NCBI GenBank assembly: GCA_964474835.1
Contig: CAYYUA010000011.1
Span: 1,439-65,438, forward strand
Length of the DNA stretch: 64,000 bases
Source: an uncultured Sphingobacteriales bacterium
GTDB lineage: Bacteria > Bacteroidota > Bacteroidia > CAILMK01 > CAYYUA01
Direction of reading: 5' to 3'
Shown here: positions 27,757 through 35,603 of the stretch, one piece after another
Position numbering within the stretch: position 1 is the stretch's first letter
How the letters are laid out: each line of letters begins with the position of its first letter
Notes under the pieces: generated by a model
The model's database searches: none
Told to the model about the DNA's origin: nothing
What the model saw: the letters and a program-made list of their open reading frames with translations, nothing else
Made by a program: the position numbers and the translations under genes

Positions 27757-27795
27757 AGCCAAGCGGGGAGCATTACTGCTCCCCGCTTTTTTTGT
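27757..27795 (+). terminator. Rho-independent terminator after azurin paralog 1
   Basis: aagcggggagca-ttac-tgctccccgctt stem followed by TTTTTTTG. Confidence 0.75.
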
Positions 27796-27844
27796 GCCCT
27801 ATACCTATATTTAGGTATTATTGACATCGAAATAACATGCGTTA

Positions 27845-27867
27845 GTCATAAAAATGACATAAGTCAT
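27845..27867. promoter_or_regulatory. Overlapping palindromes GTCAT-N5-ATGAC-N4-GTCAT upstream of the ba3 oxidase operon (candidate Crp/Fnr-type operator)
   Basis: gttaGTCATaaaaATGACataaGTCATttt lies 20-50 nt upstream of the cbaD-like start. TGAC/GTCA half-sites resemble Fnr/Crp-family boxes. Confidence 0.35.
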
Positions 27868-27920
27868 TTTAAGAGAATATCCGTGAGGTGACCTTGGTAT
27901 TAACACTCAAAACCAAGCGT

Positions 27921-28073
27921 ATGACCACTCCTGATGATCAGCACAGCCCCCACCAGCAGGAAGCGGATAAGCCCTTTTTCCCGAAAGGTAGCATTGCCTT
28001 CTTTATCCTGATGATTCTATTTTTTATAGCTGTGTGGTTTGCATTTTTTGCCTTAACGGTATCAAGAAGCTAA
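27921..28073 (+). CDS. cbaD: ba3-type oxidase subunit IIa-like single-TM peptide (CbaD-like)
   Basis: KPFFPKGSIAFFILMILFFIAVWFAFFALTV resembles the Thermus ba3 subunit IIa helix (KPKGALAVILVLTLTILVFWLGVYAVFFARG). An alternative GTG start lies at 27888. The stop is directly followed by the cbaB ATG. Confidence 0.5.
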   Translation: MTTPDDQHSPHQQEADKPFFPKGSIAFFILMILFFIAVWFAFFALTVSRS

Positions 28074-28075
28074 TT

Positions 28076-28558
28076 ATGGACAAAGCCGAAAAACTAATCC
28101 TGGGCATCTCCCTGGGTACGCTGTTGATTTTCATTTTCTCGATCATGTACCTCTCCAAAGGCAAAGGGGTGGAGGTTCCGGAGTGCATTCCGGCTCAGCA
28201 GCCCTTTGACCAGGGTGAGCTGGTAGAGCTGGATGACGACACCTACCAGCTGAAGTGCGTGGCCAAGATGTGGAGCTTTGATCCGGGAACGGTGCGGGTA
28301 CCAGCCGGCAGTGAGGTGGATATCTACCTCTCAGCGGCTGATGTGGTGCACGGTTTCTGGATTACCCATAAGAACGTCAACCTTATGGCGGTCCCAGGCG
28401 CGGTGAATAATACCACGGTGGAATTCGATGAGCCCGGGACCTATGACATTATCTGCCACGAGTACTGCGGCTCAGGGCATCAGCAGATGCGGGGCAAGAT
28501 CATCGTAGAAGAACCATCTGACCAACCCTCTAAAGATGTAGCCCATGCAATTGAGTAA
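28076..28558 (+). CDS. cbaB: ba3-type cytochrome c oxidase subunit II (single TM, CuA cupredoxin)
   Basis: Start trimmed to MDKAEKL. One TM helix plus CuA site H..(ICHEYCGSGHQQM). Size (~160 aa) matches the short ba3 subunit II. Confidence 0.85.
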   Translation: MDKAEKLILGISLGTLLIFIFSIMYLSKGKGVEVPECIPAQQPFDQGELVELDDDTYQLKCVAKMWSFDPGTVRVPAGSEVDIYLSAADVVHGFWITHKNVNLMAVPGAVNNTTVEFDEPGTYDIICHEYCGSGHQQMRGKIIVEEPSDQPSKDVAHAIE

Positions 28559-30230
28559 AAGCCTGAGATGGATCATCCTCCTGGAGATTGCCATTCCCAT
28601 GACGCTCCTGATCCTGGGCATCTACAACGGGCTGATGCAGACCCTGTACCGCTCAGGCGTGATCGAGGCCAACTCCATATTGAACATCACCTACTACCAG
28701 GGGCTCACCATCCACGGGGTTATCAATGCCCTGGTGTTCACCACCTTTTTTGCGGTGGCCTTTGGCAATGCCATCATGGCCTACTACCTGGATAAGCGCC
28801 TGAACCCCTTTTACAACTGGCTTTCCTTTGGCCTGATGGTACTGGGAACCCTGCTCTCAAGCTATGCCATGCTATCCGGGCAGGCCTCAGTGCTGTACAC
28901 CTTTTACCCGCCACTGAAAGCGCATCCCACGTTTTACATGGGCGCTGCCTTACTGGTAGTAGGCTCGTGGGTGGCCTTCTTCAACTGGATCAGGCCGTAT
29001 CTGCAGTGGCGCCGGGAAAATCCGGAGCAGAAAACCCCGCTTGCGGTGGTCGGGAACCTGGCCAATTTCACCATCTGGCTGATCGCCAGCCTGCCTGTGG
29101 CTTATGAGATCATCGTGATCCTGCTGCCATGGTCCCTGGGCTATGTGGATGAGATCAACATCATGCTCTCGCGCACCCTTTTCTGGTTCTTCGGGCATCC
29201 ACTTGTGTACTTCTGGCTATTACCGGCCTACATCATTTTTTACGTGATGATGACCAAAGAAGCCGGCGGAAAGCTGTACTCTGATTATGCCGGGCGGCTG
29301 GTATTCATGCTCTTCATCATATTCTCGATACCCGTGGGCCTGCACCACCAGCTTACAGAGCCCAACATCAGCCAGAGCCTGAAGACGCTGCACACCATCT
29401 TTACATTTGGCGTGGCAGTGCCCAGTATGCTGACGGCCTTCACCCTGTCCGCCTCACTGGAATATGCCGGCCGGCAGAATGGCGGCAGGGGGCTTTTTGG
29501 CTGGATGCGCAAGCTGCCCTATTTCCGGAAGGAGCGCTACCTGTTTGCCTACTCTATCTGTGGGCTGGTGCTGTTCATCTTTGGCGGCATCACCGGGGTG
29601 ATCAATGGTTCCTACAGCATGAACCTGGCTGTTCACAACACCGCTTACCTGCCCGGGCACTTCCACATGACGGTAGCCGGGCCAGTATTGCTGGCCATGC
29701 TGGCCATGTCGCTGTACCTGGTGAATAAAGTCGGAGGCAAGCCCATCAAGGGCCGTGGGCTTAACCTGGCGGTACCGTACCTGTGGAGCTTTGGCATGTT
29801 CCTGTTCTCGGGCGGCCTGATCGCCAATGGGCTGCAGGGGGCACCCAGAAGGACCAACATGGGCACATCTTACCTCAACCCGGAGAGTGAGCTGTTCCGG
29901 GTAGACTGGGTGCTGCCCTCCCACTTTACTTTATTAGGGGGCATCGTGATGTCGCTGGGCATCCTGTTCTTCTTCATCGTCTTCTTCCGGACGCTATTTG
30001 CGGCCAAAGCGCAGGAGAGCACGCTGGACTTCCCCACGGCCGAGGCCTATCACGATGAGCCTCAGATCGGCTTTGTTCGGAATTTCACGCCCTGGGTTAT
30101 AGCGGCCACTATCCTTATTGTGCTGGCTTATGTGCCGCCTATCAAAGAGGCGGTGGAGTTTAACCGGGAAAAGGCCAAGCCCTACCACCCCGGCAATCCC
30201 GTTCCAATTGAAAACACAGAAAACCGGTAG
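28545..30230 (+). CDS. cbaA: ba3-type (B-family) heme-copper oxidase subunit I
   Basis: 561 aa. Long stretches are near-identical in pattern to Thermus ba3 CbaA (YQGLTIHGV, VLYTFYPPLKAHPTFY, FGHPLVYFWLLPAY, AGGKLYSD, GLHHQ, VAVPSMLTAFT, GGRGLFGWM, HNTAYLPGHFH). Confidence 0.9.
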   Translation: MQLSKSLRWIILLEIAIPMTLLILGIYNGLMQTLYRSGVIEANSILNITYYQGLTIHGVINALVFTTFFAVAFGNAIMAYYLDKRLNPFYNWLSFGLMVLGTLLSSYAMLSGQASVLYTFYPPLKAHPTFYMGAALLVVGSWVAFFNWIRPYLQWRRENPEQKTPLAVVGNLANFTIWLIASLPVAYEIIVILLPWSLGYVDEINIMLSRTLFWFFGHPLVYFWLLPAYIIFYVMMTKEAGGKLYSDYAGRLVFMLFIIFSIPVGLHHQLTEPNISQSLKTLHTIFTFGVAVPSMLTAFTLSASLEYAGRQNGGRGLFGWMRKLPYFRKERYLFAYSICGLVLFIFGGITGVINGSYSMNLAVHNTAYLPGHFHMTVAGPVLLAMLAMSLYLVNKVGGKPIKGRGLNLAVPYLWSFGMFLFSGGLIANGLQGAPRRTNMGTSYLNPESELFRVDWVLPSHFTLLGGIVMSLGILFFFIVFFRTLFAAKAQESTLDFPTAEAYHDEPQIGFVRNFTPWVIAATILIVLAYVPPIKEAVEFNREKAKPYHPGNPVPIENTENR

Positions 30231-30232
30231 CG

Positions 30233-30880
30233 ATGGGTCAGCAATCCTGGTTCCGATACTTTGGGCTCCTGGGCCTGTTAATCGGTATTCCCGCCCTGGC
30301 TTTTGTGGGAGTAGAAGCCTACAACAGCCTGAACCGCTCCCTGCCCGTCATCAATCCTGATCCGGATGAGGCCGATACCCACCAGATTCCGGAGTTTGCC
30401 TTTGTGAACCAAAACGGGGATACCGTCCGGCGGGCGGACTTTGAGGATAAGCTATATGTGGCCAATTTCTTCTTCACCGCCTGCCCGAGTACCTGTCCGC
30501 CCATGATGAAAAACCTGACCCGCGTTCAGGAGCGCTTTGCTGATGAGGAAGCAGTGGCCATCCTCTCCCACACGGTAGACCCTAAGCACGACAGTGTGGA
30601 GGCCCTGAAAGCCTATGCACGGGAATATGGCGTTCAGGAAGATCAGTGGGACCTGGTGACCGGCCGTAAAACCCCGCTGTACAACATGGCCCGGAGTGCC
30701 TATGATGTGGTATCCCTGGAAGGAGGGGATGGCCCGGCGGGCTTTGTGCACAGCTCCAAGCTGATCCTCATCGACCGGCAGCAGCGCATCCGTGGCTATT
30801 ATGACGGAACGGAAAAGGAGGCGGTCAACGAGCTGATAAAGGACATCGCGTTTTTGTTAAAGCAGCCGCAAACCAGCTGA
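30233..30880 (+). CDS. SCO1/SenC family copper chaperone (thioredoxin fold)
   Basis: N-terminal TM anchor and CPSTCP copper-binding motif (FFFTACPSTCPPMM). Confidence 0.85.
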   Translation: MGQQSWFRYFGLLGLLIGIPALAFVGVEAYNSLNRSLPVINPDPDEADTHQIPEFAFVNQNGDTVRRADFEDKLYVANFFFTACPSTCPPMMKNLTRVQERFADEEAVAILSHTVDPKHDSVEALKAYAREYGVQEDQWDLVTGRKTPLYNMARSAYDVVSLEGGDGPAGFVHSSKLILIDRQQRIRGYYDGTEKEAVNELIKDIAFLLKQPQTS

Positions 30881-30904
30881 ACCCTGTTAAAAAACCCTTG
30901 CACC

Positions 30905-31486
30905 ATGCCCCATACATTCATTCGCTTTTCATGCTTCCTGCTGCTACTGCTCTGGGTGGGCTTACCAGCCAGTCAGGCGCAGAAAGATGGCAAAACCGTA
31001 TTTGAGAACCGCTGTGCCTCCTGCCATAAAATCTCCAATCAGGATCTGGTAGGGCCGGGCCTTGCTAACGTTAACAAGCGCCGGGAGCAGGAGTGGATCA
31101 TTAAGTTCATCAAGAACTCGCAGAAGCTGATCAAAAACGGGGATGAGCTGGCCAACAGGCTGTACAACGAGTACAACCAAACCATCATGCCCTCCCACAC
31201 AGACCTTAGCAAGGCTGAGATCATCAACACCCTGGACTACATTCAGCAGAAAAGCGAAGGCGTGGCGCAGGAGGCTGTATTGTCCCAGAATGACCAGAGC
31301 CCGGAAAGCGGAAAGCAGCAGGACCCGTCTGAACAGTTTTCCCACCTGCCGCAGGAAAAACCGGATCCGGATCATAAGTACAATCCGAATTCTACCGATT
31401 TTCAGCTTTTCTTCTGGATGACATCCCTGCTCGTGGTCCTGCTTGTTATCGGGTTTACGGTTATTGTCGCTAAGTTCAGTAACTAG
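30905..31486 (+). CDS. Class I c-type cytochrome with C-terminal transmembrane anchor
   Basis: Signal peptide, CASCH heme-binding motif, Met ligand region (IMPSH), long polar linker and a terminal TM helix (LFFWMTSLLVVLLVIGFTVIV). Confidence 0.8.
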   Translation: MPHTFIRFSCFLLLLLWVGLPASQAQKDGKTVFENRCASCHKISNQDLVGPGLANVNKRREQEWIIKFIKNSQKLIKNGDELANRLYNEYNQTIMPSHTDLSKAEIINTLDYIQQKSEGVAQEAVLSQNDQSPESGKQQDPSEQFSHLPQEKPDPDHKYNPNSTDFQLFFWMTSLLVVLLVIGFTVIVAKFSN

Positions 31487-31566
31487 CAAACGGGATCAGG
31501 CCTGTTGCTAGACAAGGCAAACCAAACAGCAGACCTTGTGGGCTGTTTTATTAAAAAATCCCAGCT

Positions 31567-32178
31567 ATGAGAACCCTGATCTATATCATTCCCCTGGCAT
31601 TGGCTTTTGGCATCAGCGCATGCAGTGGTGGCTCTTCATCCAGTAACAGTGGTCAGCAGGAAAGTGAAGAGGCTAAAGCCAGCCAGCAGGAAAGTGAAGA
31701 GGCTAACGACAAGAACAGCCAGCAGAGCACCACAGAATTCACCAAAAGGGCCATGGTGGATAAAACCACCGAAGGTGATACCACGGCAGTTGTTATCCAC
31801 ACGCCGGGTAACAACCTGGAAGAGATGCGCTATGACATCGATAAGCTAAAGATCAGAGCCGGACAGACCGTTAAACTAACCCTGAAAAACGTAGCCCGGA
31901 AAGGTGCTGAGGAAATGGAGCACAACTGGGTGGTAACCAAGCCTGGTAAGGATCAGCAGGTGGCTGCTGAAGGCGTGAAGGCTGGCGAGGATAACAACTT
32001 CCTGCCAGCGGATAAGCAGGATATCCTGGCCTATACACCTATTGTAGAGCAACAGGAAAAAACTACTATCACTTTTCAGATGGATAAAGCCGGGGAATAT
32101 CCGTTTATCTGTACGCACCCCGAGCATTACCCCACTATGAAGGGCACTTTGGTTGTAGAGCAGCAGGAAGCTTCCTGA
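31567..32178 (+). CDS. Lipid-anchored azurin-like cupredoxin (Laz-like), paralog 2
   Basis: Lipobox GISACSGG plus S/Q/E linker containing a 30-nt tandem repeat. Azurin Cu site HNWVV ... FICTHPEHYPTMKG. Confidence 0.8.
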   Translation: MRTLIYIIPLALAFGISACSGGSSSSNSGQQESEEAKASQQESEEANDKNSQQSTTEFTKRAMVDKTTEGDTTAVVIHTPGNNLEEMRYDIDKLKIRAGQTVKLTLKNVARKGAEEMEHNWVVTKPGKDQQVAAEGVKAGEDNNFLPADKQDILAYTPIVEQQEKTTITFQMDKAGEYPFICTHPEHYPTMKGTLVVEQQEAS

Positions 32179-32204
32179 GCTTTTACGCACAATGTCGCTT
32201 TTAA

Positions 32205-32236
32205 AAAAGCCCCTCCTGAACCGAGGGGCTTTTTTA
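32205..32236. terminator. Bidirectional terminator between azurin paralog 2 and the convergent lipoprotein gene
   Basis: aaaaaagcccctcctgaaccgaggggctttttt has a perfect stem with A/T tracts on both sides. Confidence 0.8.
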
Positions 32237-32237
32237 G

Positions 32238-33053
32238 TTACGGCACGGGCTGATCTTCTGTGGGAGAATTCAGGCTGTCGTAGGGATTGTAGGTATCAAA
32301 AACGGCCCGGTTCAGCGAGTCCCTTACGCTGATTTCACTTAGCTTGTAGTTAGCACCGCGGTTATTGGCGAGCTTCAGACCGTTGTAGTTCCGGTAACCG
32401 GTCCAGGGGGTTGTGATCGGCTTAGCGCCGGGCTTGGGGTAATATTGCCAGGCTTTAACCAGTTTGCTTTCCGGGTCAATGTACACATCGTACTGGTTTT
32501 CCGGCGTAACGCCCACGCTATCATAGGTCAGGCGAACAACGTGTGCCTCCTCCCCGCGGGGAGTGGCCTCCTTGCCTTTGTAGGTCAGCCTGACGCCCGG
32601 GTCAAAGACCTTAAAGGGCATAAACAGCCAGTAGGAGTCATTGGCCCAGCTCCGGTAACCTACTTTCAGGTACTTACCGATCGTATCGGGGTTGGTTACC
32701 CGCTCACCATCTTTAAAAACCTTTCCGTCACGGCTATCCAGGTTCATCAGGACGGTAAGGCTATCCCTGCGGGAATGCATCCGGACATCGTTGGTTTCCT
32801 TATCCCAGAGCCAGCTGCGCATCCCAAAGAAAACCCAGCCCAGGTAGCGCTTCTCCTGCCAGGTATCGTAGCCGCCCATGCTGTCGGTCATCTGCACAGC
32901 TAAGCGAATGGCTTTTTTATCAGAGTGGTCCTGCTTCTGCTCGTAAACCTTCCGGAATAAGGGACGCTCGGCCACATCCGTTTCGCGCTGGCAGCCAGCC
33001 AGGACCGTGATAATGAGCCATAGCAGTGAAAGAAGGGCCAAGTGCCTGTTCAT
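32238..33053 (-). CDS. Hypothetical lipoprotein
   Basis: Lipobox LAGCQRE; Trp/Tyr-rich beta-type sequence with no catalytic motif. Confidence 0.5.
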   Translation of the reverse strand: MNRHLALLSLLWLIITVLAGCQRETDVAERPLFRKVYEQKQDHSDKKAIRLAVQMTDSMGGYDTWQEKRYLGWVFFGMRSWLWDKETNDVRMHSRRDSLTVLMNLDSRDGKVFKDGERVTNPDTIGKYLKVGYRSWANDSYWLFMPFKVFDPGVRLTYKGKEATPRGEEAHVVRLTYDSVGVTPENQYDVYIDPESKLVKAWQYYPKPGAKPITTPWTGYRNYNGLKLANNRGANYKLSEISVRDSLNRAVFDTYNPYDSLNSPTEDQPVP

Positions 33054-33159
33054 GATAGGAATTGTTTTAGCGTGGCGAAGGTACAGCTTAGCTTTGCTGT
33101 TTATATTTGATTAAGCGCTTCACGTCAACCGGTTTTTTACCTGCTAAAATGGCTCACTT

Positions 33160-33690
33160 ATGAGGCTTACATGCTACACCAAAACCCTTAGCCTGCTGAT
33201 GCTTGCCATGGCCATGGTAAGCCTTTTCCCGGCATGCTCTCAGGAAACGCAAAGCTTCCAGCAGCGGATCGAAGACCTTTACAGCTATGAAGTACCCCTG
33301 ATCAAGCCTGCTGAGCTCAAGCAAAAGCTGGCGAAGCAGGATTCCGTTTACCTCCTGGACACCCGTACGCCAGCCGAATATAAGGTTAGCTGCCTCAGGC
33401 ACTCCCAGCGGATTGGCTATGACGATTTTCGTAAGGAAAAGATCGCCCATATTCCAAAAGAGGCCACCGTTGTGACCTACTGTACGGTCGGCTACCGGAG
33501 TGATAAGATCGGGGAACGCCTGAAGGCCATGGGCTACGAAAACGTTTACAACCTCTATGGCAGCATGATCAGCTGGGTTAATGCCGGTTACCCGGTCTAT
33601 ACCCCTGAGGGCTCGCCCACCCGGAAGGTGCATACCCACTCTGAAGACTGGAGCCAGTACCTGGAAAAGGGGCAAGCCGTCTATGAGTAA
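33160..33690 (+). CDS. Secreted rhodanese-domain sulfurtransferase
   Basis: Signal peptide and rhodanese active-site loop (VVTYCTVGYRS). Confidence 0.8.
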   Translation: MRLTCYTKTLSLLMLAMAMVSLFPACSQETQSFQQRIEDLYSYEVPLIKPAELKQKLAKQDSVYLLDTRTPAEYKVSCLRHSQRIGYDDFRKEKIAHIPKEATVVTYCTVGYRSDKIGERLKAMGYENVYNLYGSMISWVNAGYPVYTPEGSPTRKVHTHSEDWSQYLEKGQAVYE

Positions 33691-34285
33691 GGATGGCCTG
33701 CTGATGATCTTCGTCAAGAATCCGGTTCTGGGCCGCGTCAAGACGCGTCTGGCGGCTGAAACCGGCGATGAGCGTGCCCTTCAGATCTACCAGGCGTTGT
33801 TACGCCATACCCGGGCTGTCAGCGCAGCCATAGACCATCCCAAACTGATCTACTACAGTGATTTTCTGCCTGAGCACGATCTGTGGGCAGGCACTCATTA
33901 CCATCAGGCTCTGCAGCCGGCCGGGGACCTGGGCCAGCGAATGGCTACTGCTTTCCGGGATAACCTTCAGCACTACCAGCGGGTGGTAATCATTGGCGCA
34001 GACGATCCGGACCTTCAGGCCTCGCACCTTGCTACAGCATTCGAGCAGCTTCAGCACCATGACCTGGTTATCGGTCCGGCCACTGATGGGGGCTACTACT
34101 TGTTGGGCATGACAGCTTTCCATCCCACCCTCTTTCAGGGCATTGCCTGGAGCACTGACCAGGTCAGGGCGCAGACCCTCAAGCAGGCCTCTGAGGCGGG
34201 GCTTTCCCATTACCTCCTGCCTGAACACAATGACATTGATACCTACCAGGACTGGTTAGCATCGTCATGGCAGACGCAGGTGTAG
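33683..34285 (+). CDS. DUF2064 / TIGR04282-type glycosyltransferase-like protein
   Basis: Start trimmed to MSKDGLLMIFVKNPVLGRVKTRLA, the typical DUF2064 N-terminus. Overlaps the rhodanese stop. Confidence 0.65.
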   Translation: MSKDGLLMIFVKNPVLGRVKTRLAAETGDERALQIYQALLRHTRAVSAAIDHPKLIYYSDFLPEHDLWAGTHYHQALQPAGDLGQRMATAFRDNLQHYQRVVIIGADDPDLQASHLATAFEQLQHHDLVIGPATDGGYYLLGMTAFHPTLFQGIAWSTDQVRAQTLKQASEAGLSHYLLPEHNDIDTYQDWLASSWQTQV

Positions 34286-34974
34286 CCCCGGCTTCCTTCC
34301 TGAGCATCATCATCCCCACGTATCAGGAGGCCTCATTGATCGGGCTACTGGTCCAGCACTGCCTGGCGCAGCCGGGAGTTCTGGAAGTTATTGTGGTGGA
34401 TGCAGCCAGTACGGATGGCACCGCTAAGCTGGCTAAAGCAAACGGGGCAGATGTTCATCCGGCAGTAAAGGCCGGCCGCGCGCCCCAGATGAACCAAGGC
34501 GCAGCTGTTGCGCGCGGCCCTGTGCTGCACTTTATCCATGCGGACTCGTGGCCTCCGGATAGCTTTCCGGAAGCCATTGCCCATGCTGTCAGCCAGGATT
34601 ATGCAGCCGGCTGCTTTCGCTCCCGCTTTGTTACCACTAATCGCTTTCTGCTGGCCAACTCCTACCTCACCCGCTTTCAGGGCATCGTTTTCCGGGGTGG
34701 CGGGCAGACGCTCTTCTGCACCGCTGAGCTCTTCCAGCAGGTAGGCGGCTATAACAGCGAGCTGATGGTGATGGAAGAGTATGAGCTGATCCGGCGGCTG
34801 AAACAGCATACGGCCTTTCGCATCATTCCGCAGGATGTGCGGGTGTCCGCCCGCAAGTATCAGGAACGCGGAGCTGTACGCCTTCAGCTGGCTTATGCCC
34901 TGATCTTCATTTTGTTCTTTGCAGGCACTTCTCAGCGCCGGCTCGTTAGCCTCTACAAGCGGCTGATCGCTTAG
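34267..34974 (+). CDS. Family 2 glycosyltransferase (TIGR04283-like partner of DUF2064)
   Basis: SIIIPTYQEA GT2 N-terminal motif, 235 aa. Overlaps the upstream gene by 19 nt. Confidence 0.7.
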   Translation: MADAGVAPASFLSIIIPTYQEASLIGLLVQHCLAQPGVLEVIVVDAASTDGTAKLAKANGADVHPAVKAGRAPQMNQGAAVARGPVLHFIHADSWPPDSFPEAIAHAVSQDYAAGCFRSRFVTTNRFLLANSYLTRFQGIVFRGGGQTLFCTAELFQQVGGYNSELMVMEEYELIRRLKQHTAFRIIPQDVRVSARKYQERGAVRLQLAYALIFILFFAGTSQRRLVSLYKRLIA

Positions 34975-35045
34975 CCTGCTGACGGCCCCACAGCTTTTGC
35001 CCCCTGTTACCCTTATTTTTGCCGAGCATTAAAGGCGCAGGTGTC

Positions 35046-35546
35046 ATGAAGACGCTCTATTTCATCCGCCATGGTAAGGCTGAGGATAAGGTACCCGGCC
35101 AGTCTGATTTTGACCGGAACCTGGCCACTAAAGGCAAACAGGACGCGCAGATCATGGGCAAGAAACAGCGGATCCAGGGGCTACAGCCTGATCTGATCCT
35201 CTCCAGCCCCGCACCACGGGCCCTGAATACGGCCAAAGCCTTTGCCGAGGCCTTATCCTATAACGAAGAGCAGGTGCAAACGGCTGATCAGCTTTACGAG
35301 GCCAGCTACGAGCAGATCCTTGAGCAGATCTATGCCCTTGAGAATACCCTGAATACCGTTATGATCTTTGGTCACAATCCCGCTATCAGTGAGGTGGTGA
35401 TCGAGCTCAGCCGCGAGAAGGCGGATATCCTGCCAACCGCAGGCATTGCTTGTTTTGAGTTTGATATTGAACAGTGGGAAGCGGTAAGCCGTGAGAATGC
35501 CCGCTTTGCTTCACAGGACTTTCCGGCTAAGGGCATTAGCGGCTAA
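35046..35546 (+). CDS. Histidine phosphatase family protein (SixA-like phosphohistidine phosphatase)
   Basis: Start trimmed to MKTLYFIRHGKAE (RHG catalytic motif); ~165 aa. Confidence 0.75.
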   Translation: MKTLYFIRHGKAEDKVPGQSDFDRNLATKGKQDAQIMGKKQRIQGLQPDLILSSPAPRALNTAKAFAEALSYNEEQVQTADQLYEASYEQILEQIYALENTLNTVMIFGHNPAISEVVIELSREKADILPTAGIACFEFDIEQWEAVSRENARFASQDFPAKGISG

Positions 35547-35603
35547 CGCTGACCCTACCAGAGGCGGTATGGCCTGTTGCCTAATTGATGACAGGAGGAT
35601 GGC

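Noticed and set aside
28568-29924. Alternative-frame ORFs inside cbaA (75-156 aa)
   Set aside because: They are contained within the strongly supported subunit I gene; the high GC creates long spurious frames.
2122-33053. Possible paralogy between lipoproteins 2122..2904 and 32238..33053
   Set aside because: Both are Trp/Tyr-rich lipoproteins of similar size, but by eye the similarity is too patchy to assert a shared family without alignment.
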